A DNA stretch of 64,000 bases from Nitrosopumilaceae archaeon. Lineage in GTDB: Archaea; Thermoproteota; Nitrososphaeria; Nitrososphaerales; Nitrosopumilaceae. Position 1 is the stretch's first letter. Every line of letters begins with the position of its first letter. Under the pieces are notes generated by a model that did no database searches, was not told where the DNA came from, and worked only from the letters and a program-made list of their open reading frames with translations. Of the stretch, positions 58,859-64,000 are shown one piece after another. The stretch covers positions 3,104,001 to 3,168,000 of the forward strand of contig CBDCCK010000002.1 in NCBI GenBank assembly GCA_965214835.1, read 5' to 3'. The translations under genes and the position numbers were made by a program.

Positions 58859-59209
58859 TTGACGGAATTTATCCACGAGCCCTACTCCAGGGTTCATGTA
58901 AGGGATGTGATCAAGCTTACACTAGATGATCTCATCACCATGATGTCGACCCTGGAGTCAGGTACCGCATACTGGGCAGACGGCGTTCTTTTTGCCAGTT
59001 TTGCAATGACTGACTCGGAGGAGCTTGCAAAAAAGGAGATTGGCGGGGAGACCTACGTAGATAAGATCATATTTACAAGGCACGAAAGGTTCTCAAAGAC
59101 GATAAAGTCGTCTACAAACCTGGAGATCGGCGTTCTCAACGTACAAAAAAGCGGCCTGTACAGGGATCTTATCGCATGGCTAAAGCTGCAGCCGATATGG
59201 AATCAATAG
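58859..59209 (+). CDS. Conserved archaeal hypothetical protein
   Basis: TEFIHEPYSRVHVRD..YWADGVLF; TTG start preferred over the ORF-track start. Confidence 0.7.
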   Translation: MTEFIHEPYSRVHVRDVIKLTLDDLITMMSTLESGTAYWADGVLFASFAMTDSEELAKKEIGGETYVDKIIFTRHERFSKTIKSSTNLEIGVLNVQKSGLYRDLIAWLKLQPIWNQ

Positions 59210-59296
59210 TGCAAGGCCGCCGCCCCGACCAGCAGTCGTGAATCTACATGCGGCCGTGATTTTCATGCCTGGCCAGCAGGGGAGGTGGCCCCATGC
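59209..59296. mobile_element. Diverged MITE family B copy
   Basis: gtgattttcatgcctggccagcaggggaggtggcc matches the family B core. Confidence 0.5.
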
Positions 59297-59343
59297 GCCC
59301 AACAGCCAAAAATCCTTTTAGATTAGAAGGATGTTGACATCCT

Positions 59344-59742
59344 ATGAGCCAGTCAAAACCAATATCAGAGGTTCTAGTAAAAGACGTAATGTCGACTAGG
59401 CTGGTGACGGTTCCAGGCGACACCACCGCACTGCAGGTTGCAAAGATGATGGAGCACGGAAACATCGGCGCGGTGTTTGTCAAAAAGGGCGATGTCCCGG
59501 CCAGCATAATCACGGACAGGGACTATGCTACGCGAATAGCGGTCAACGGCAGCAGCCTTGATACCGCAGTGGAGGGACTGGCATCCTACCCGCTGATAAC
59601 GGTGAGGCCCGACGACTCGCTAGTGGCCGCAGCAAAGATAATGAGGGATAAAAAGATCAGAAAGCTTGCCGTCAGGGATAACGGCCGGATCGTGGGCATC
59701 ATAACGTCGACAAACATAGTAAACCAGGTATCACAAACCTAG
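59344..59742 (+). CDS. CBS-domain pair protein
   Basis: VKDVMS, IITDRD, IRKLAV..IVGIIT. Confidence 0.92.
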   Translation: MSQSKPISEVLVKDVMSTRLVTVPGDTTALQVAKMMEHGNIGAVFVKKGDVPASIITDRDYATRIAVNGSSLDTAVEGLASYPLITVRPDDSLVAAAKIMRDKKIRKLAVRDNGRIVGIITSTNIVNQVSQT

Positions 59743-59802
59743 TCTTTTTGCATCCTTGATGCCATGACGAAATTATATTAACAAGAGTGTTCAATGTCAT
59801 AC

Positions 59803-59931
59803 ATGTCAGAAGGCAATCCATCATGTCCATATTGCGACTCGATATTTGACACCAAGGAGGATCTCTCAAAGCACATCGACAGGATACACGGGGACTCTGG
59901 GGTACTAGAAGGCAGCACAAAGAGGAACTGA
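59803..59931 (+). CDS. Small C2H2 zinc-finger protein (42 aa)
   Basis: CPYCDSIFDTKEDLSKHIDRIH. Confidence 0.7.
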   Translation: MSEGNPSCPYCDSIFDTKEDLSKHIDRIHGDSGVLEGSTKRN

Positions 59932-59932
59932 G

Positions 59933-60310
59933 TCAGTCGGTATAGAAGGAGTCTGGAAACTCGGCTCTTCGCCAGTCCATCAGGCGGTTGAAGGTCTGCA
60001 AATAGTCCTCGGACTTGGTGGTAATGTGGACGTGTGCATCAAACTCCTCGCACCGTCCCTCAAAGATTACGGTGCACTGTCTTTTGAACAGTGGGACGGT
60101 TACGCCTATCTTTCGTATTGACTCGAATTTGTAGGAACCCACTTGCAAAAAGGCCCCAGAAACGGACACGTCACTTGGTTCCCGGTTTTTGTTGTAGGAG
60201 GCTATCTCGTCCTGGCGCGCCCGGGTCCATTGGGGGGCATCAGGCGGCCACCTGTGTATGTGTGTCTTGTGAGCTACAAAACCAAAGTCAGACCCGGTCA
60301 ACGGGAACAC
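59933..60310 (-). CDS. Hypothetical protein
   Basis: Clean ORF; no family recognised. Confidence 0.65.
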   Translation of the reverse strand: MFPLTGSDFGFVAHKTHIHRWPPDAPQWTRARQDEIASYNKNREPSDVSVSGAFLQVGSYKFESIRKIGVTVPLFKRQCTVIFEGRCEEFDAHVHITTKSEDYLQTFNRLMDWRRAEFPDSFYTD

Positions 60311-60340
60311 GGAGAACTTCCTGCTATAAATTAACTAGGA

Positions 60341-60640
60341 TCAATACCTTGATTTCTTGACAGTCGCGGTCCGTTTTTGCGAGATCACCAGGCCTCGCTT
60401 GGAGCGGGACTTGGCAACCTTGCCTTCCTTGGAGGCAGGAGTCTTGCCGGAGCGCCTGGCCGCCCTCTTTGCACCTATGCGAATCTTTTGGCTTTTCCTG
60501 CTTGCGTCAATTTGTGCGAGAGTTGGTCTGCGCCTTCTAGAGCCTTTTACCTGGTGACTTTTTTCATGCATGCTTACTCGATGGAACGTATCCATGGTTC
60601 CCCTCCAGGAGAACTTGCATTCCGGGCAGCTCCACCTCAT
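60341..60640 (-). CDS. C2H2-like zinc finger with highly basic tail
   Basis: WSCPECKF..HEKSH followed by an R/K-rich region. Confidence 0.65.
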   Translation of the reverse strand: MRWSCPECKFSWRGTMDTFHRVSMHEKSHQVKGSRRRRPTLAQIDASRKSQKIRIGAKRAARRSGKTPASKEGKVAKSRSKRGLVISQKRTATVKKSRY

Positions 60641-60684
60641 TACAGTCCCATGTGAAACACAGTATAAAACAAGTTTGTTTTTGA

Positions 60685-60764
60685 TAGTCTGTTGCACAAC
60701 CTTGGTTTTAGGCACAAAAAATTAGCCGTTTTTACGCGTTCAGGCACGGTTATGCAACAAGCTA
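60685..60764. mobile_element. MITE family E, copy 2
   Basis: 80 bp, matches 6703-6782; no TSD. Confidence 0.85.
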
Positions 60765-61034
60765 ATGAAGTGGGAGCGTTTTTCAAAGAAATTGCAAATC
60801 TTCTAGCTCAATCAAGCGGAAGTCAACTTTGTTCAAGTGGTGTTCATTCTGTTCAAGCATATACTGAAGGAACATTAGAAATTCATTACCACATAGACAA
60901 TGTTGGACAAGAAATACGAATTACAGACCACTGTGTCATCCCCCACTCCTAATTTTACACCCATGCCTGAGAGTTGATTTGAAATTAGCAAATTCTGTAC
61001 AACATCAGGTTCTATTTAAACCGGTCAGGGAACT

Positions 61035-61155
61035 CAGTCTTCCCAGAAGTAACCGACTTGTGGAGGTGCAGGAAGCGACATGCGAATCTGCAGGCGCCCT
61101 TATTTGAATTGTTTCGAGCCGGGGATAATTTGACGTGGTACTTCTGGGAAGACTG
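61035..61155. mobile_element. MITE-like element H (121 bp)
   Basis: Perfect 17-bp TIR cagtcttcccagaagta/tacttctgggaagactg; single copy, no TSD. Confidence 0.55.
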
Positions 61156-61220
61156 CCATATGAGGCAGATTCTAATTGGCACCACAGGACCGCTTAGATG
61201 GGAGCGGACGCCGTTTGGAT

Positions 61221-61832
61221 CTATGTCCCGTGGATTTCACTGCCGTACTCCCTTTCTATTGCCGAGCTTGACAGCGCTGGAATCGGCGACTGCAGCCTGG
61301 CCACGGTCACTCCCAGGTTGATCTTTTTACAGCCGTCAATGATTGATCTCTCCTGGTGCGCCTGATCATATCCCAGCGCGATAATCTGCGGCCTTATCAG
61401 GTCTACCGTCTTGAAGATATCAGAGTCATCGCCCACTACTGCGGCATCAACTATCCCCAGTGCGTCCACAAGGAGCCTTCTTTGATCCTGGTTGTGCAAC
61501 GGCCTGCGCTTTTTCATCCTTACCGCGGTGCTGTCTGTCGCTATGACTACCACCAGGATGTCCCCCAGCTTTTTTGCCTCGTTTAGCGTGTGTATGTGGC
61601 CCGGATGGATTATGTCAAAGACGCCCCCGGCCAGGACGATCTTTAGCATCCCCCTGCCCTTGGCTGAGATTGATCCCGCGCCCGGCTCTACCAGTCCCCC
61701 GGACTCTAGGCCTTCCAGCGACTTGGCTGCCTCCGGCCCGGCATGCCTTTTCTCAAGGACGTCTCCCAACTCCTGTCCCGTCAGGCCCGCGATGTACAGC
61801 GACGACAGGGCCTCCCTTTCCTCCCGGTTCAC
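61221..61832 (-). CDS. Cytidylyltransferase-family protein (archaeal FAD synthetase RibL-like) with N-terminal extension
   Basis: AGGVFDIIHPGHIHTL, IALGYDQ, SSSAI. Confidence 0.85.
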   Translation of the reverse strand: MNREEREALSSLYIAGLTGQELGDVLEKRHAGPEAAKSLEGLESGGLVEPGAGSISAKGRGMLKIVLAGGVFDIIHPGHIHTLNEAKKLGDILVVVIATDSTAVRMKKRRPLHNQDQRRLLVDALGIVDAAVVGDDSDIFKTVDLIRPQIIALGYDQAHQERSIIDGCKKINLGVTVARLQSPIPALSSSAIEREYGSEIHGT

Positions 61833-61870
61833 GTACTAGTACACGGCCCGCCCATTCATTAACTCATCGA

Positions 61871-62908
61871 CTACATTTTTGGATCTATGCCCCTGGCCAT
61901 GCGTAGCGCGTCGACTAGGCCGTCTGCATACCCTATGCTCAGGACTGCAACCTCGTCTTTTCCCTCCTGCAAGAACAGCTCCGCGTCCCTGATGTACAGC
62001 TCCGCGTTCTCTATGACCGGCCCAAACTCCTTTGAGCCCTCATAATGCGGCGCGATCTCCTTCAGCGCCTCTCTGACCATCGGGACATATTTTTCGATCA
62101 TTTGCGAGGAGATCTTTTTTGCAGCATCCGAGTTGTTGCAAGGCTCATCCAAGCACCGCGTCAGCGCCCTCAGCGCGTCGGCCTCCGTAAAGTGCATCCT
62201 GCCCGGGATGATTATTGCATGCGGGGGGCCTCCAAAGTCCGTCTCTGCCAGCCTGGAGACCCTGCCCGATATGATGCCCTGATCCCTGAGCCCGATCCGC
62301 GACGCCACTATTGCAAACGTCTCTGAGCCGATCACCTTCCGCATCTGGCCCCGCTCTGCCCCCAGAAGGTGCCCCAGCGCCGTTTTTGGATCCAAAAAGA
62401 GATCCCTGTCCTGGTCGTACTCTAGCAGCAGTACGGTGTGGTTTCCCTCAATGAGGTTCCTATATACTATGTAGTATGGCGTAGTCACCGACGCGGGATC
62501 ATCCATGACCGTTGCAATGCGTCCGACCTTGTAGTAGTGTAGGCCGCATTCCCCTATCATGGAGGTGATCGACGAGGCGCCGTGGACCGTGCCGGTCTTG
62601 ATTCTGCCCTCCAGCGCTCTGATCCTCAGCTCCACGTGCGTGGTCGCAATGTACGGATCCCCGTATGACAGCAGGGCGACCTTTTTCACTTTTGCGTTTT
62701 TTAGGATCTCGCCTCCGTCCTCGACCGTCCACCTTCTTGCAAGCCTGAACTCCCCCCTGACATGCTTTTTTATCCTCGAGAGCTCCGCCTTGGCGACAGG
62801 ACTGGTAAACTGCTCCAGGTATACGAGATCTGCCTCCTCGATTATCCTCAAGCCCTCAACGGGGATCGAGTCATAGCCTGAAATCCCGGTTCCGACAAAC
62901 CAGAGCAT
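61871..62908 (-). CDS. dph5: Diphthine synthase with C-terminal DUF357-like domain
   Basis: YLEQFTS, GDPYIATTH, HTVLLL, DFGGPPH, HFTEA; YIRDAELF..YADGLVDAL. Confidence 0.92.
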   Translation of the reverse strand: MLWFVGTGISGYDSIPVEGLRIIEEADLVYLEQFTSPVAKAELSRIKKHVRGEFRLARRWTVEDGGEILKNAKVKKVALLSYGDPYIATTHVELRIRALEGRIKTGTVHGASSITSMIGECGLHYYKVGRIATVMDDPASVTTPYYIVYRNLIEGNHTVLLLEYDQDRDLFLDPKTALGHLLGAERGQMRKVIGSETFAIVASRIGLRDQGIISGRVSRLAETDFGGPPHAIIIPGRMHFTEADALRALTRCLDEPCNNSDAAKKISSQMIEKYVPMVREALKEIAPHYEGSKEFGPVIENAELYIRDAELFLQEGKDEVAVLSIGYADGLVDALRMARGIDPKM

Positions 62909-64000
62909 TATTTCCTCTGCATCTTTTTGTCGTGAAGTCGCTTGAGGTGCTGCAGCGTCCTTTTGAGCACCTCGATTCCCCGGAGATACTCGTCAATGGA
63001 GACCCTCTCGTCAACCGTATGCGCCTGGTGCGGATCCCCCGGGCCGTATGTTACCACCGGAATGTTCAACTGGTTGCCGATTACGTTCATGTCCCCGGTT
63101 CCCGTCTTTCTGATCAGCATGGGCCTCGTGTCCTCCACATCTAGGATTCCCAGGGTGAACGCGCGAACCAGGGGCGAGCTGTGCGGTGCCTCGAAGGGCT
63201 CGGTCTCATCCAGTATAGAGTAAAACGCCTCTACCTCCCTCTCCCTTGCAATCTCGCTTACCGCGCCTGCGATTTTTTCCTCCACTGCCTTGCAGTTCAT
63301 GTCGACGGGGATCCGGATGTCCACAGTCGTCTCGCATTCTTTGGGCGTTACATTGTGGCTGGTTCCTCCCTTGATCTCGGTTATGGTGGCAGTCAGCAGC
63401 ATGCCCTTTTTGCGATCTGCCTGGCCGGACTCTAGCGCGTCCTTGAGCCTTGCTGCAAACAGGGCGGACTCTTCGATTGCGTTTTTTGCCAGCCACGGCG
63501 CGCTGGCATGCGCGCTGTCCCCCACACTGATCCGCAGGCTGATTGCCAGGCGCCCCTTGTATGCAATCGTGACCTGCTTTAGCCCGCTTGGCTCCCCAAA
63601 AATGGCATAATCGACGTCCAGATCCTGCTTTACTAGGTTCTTGATGCCGGCCGCGTTTCCCTCCTCGTCCACTGCGCCAACAAACAATACCGTCCCGCTG
63701 TTGTTCTGTACTGCGGCTGCGGCAAACAGCATTGCCATCAGCGGCGCCTTTGCATCCGAGGCCCCCCTGCCGTAAAGGACGTCCCCCTCCCTCCTTACCC
63801 TGATCTTACCGGGCACTACGTCCATGTGTCCGCACAGCATGATCTTAGGCGAGCCCGAGCCCTTTCTTGCCAGGATGTTTCCCACCTCGTCAATCCTTAT
63901 GTCCTCAAAGCCCAGATCGTCACACTTGTCTGCAAGAAACTCCGCCATCGGCTTTTCACAGAGTGACGGCGTGTACAGGCGAAGGGACTTTTCAAGCATC
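62908..64000 (-). CDS. lysK: [LysW]-lysine/ornithine hydrolase (M20 family), 5' end outside the window
   Basis: CGHMDVVPG, YGRGASDAK, DEEG, GEPS, KTGTGDMN, YGPGD..HT. Confidence 0.85.
   Translation of the reverse strand, partial: MLEKSLRLYTPSLCEKPMAEFLADKCDDLGFEDIRIDEVGNILARKGSGSPKIMLCGHMDVVPGKIRVRREGDVLYGRGASDAKAPLMAMLFAAAAVQNNSGTVLFVGAVDEEGNAAGIKNLVKQDLDVDYAIFGEPSGLKQVTIAYKGRLAISLRISVGDSAHASAPWLAKNAIEESALFAARLKDALESGQADRKKGMLLTATITEIKGGTSHNVTPKECETTVDIRIPVDMNCKAVEEKIAGAVSEIAREREVEAFYSILDETEPFEAPHSSPLVRAFTLGILDVEDTRPMLIRKTGTGDMNVIGNQLNIPVVTYGPGDPHQAHTVDERVSIDEYLRGIEVLKRTLQHLKRLHDKKMQRK

Noticed and set aside
61871-62130. Dph5-DUF357 fusion as a novelty
   Set aside because: As far as I know this is the usual architecture in this lineage.

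Overview
Archaeal window, most likely Nitrosopumilaceae (Thaumarchaeota). The evidence is TBP, cofG/cofH, class I LysRS, Elp3, PAC2, Dph5, LysK and typical thaumarchaeal hypotheticals. Blocks of intact core genes alternate with accessory patches full of IS elements (ISH3/IS4-like, IS481, IS66, IS630, IS5, IS3 remnants), at least six MITE-like families and decaying toxin-antitoxin genes. The IS load suggests a host-associated lineage (inference). Three observations stand out. (1) Four unrelated sites carry an exact 36-38 bp duplication flanking a 33-38 bp unique insert, the geometry of CRISPR spacer acquisition, outside any array. For one site an uninterrupted homologous copy in the window shows that the duplication and insert are derived. 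(2) A phage-like polymorphic toxin cassette ([W/F]DESKxxR..GxF motif, ADP-ribosyltransferase-like domain, small coupled putative immunity gene) has a second paralogous remnant about 25 kb away. (3) A putative 6.9-kb composite transposon with a GGGCC target duplication next to tRNA-Pro carries a double-nucleotidyltransferase AbiE-like pair. All calls were made by eye, without database searches; coordinates of degenerate elements are approximate.
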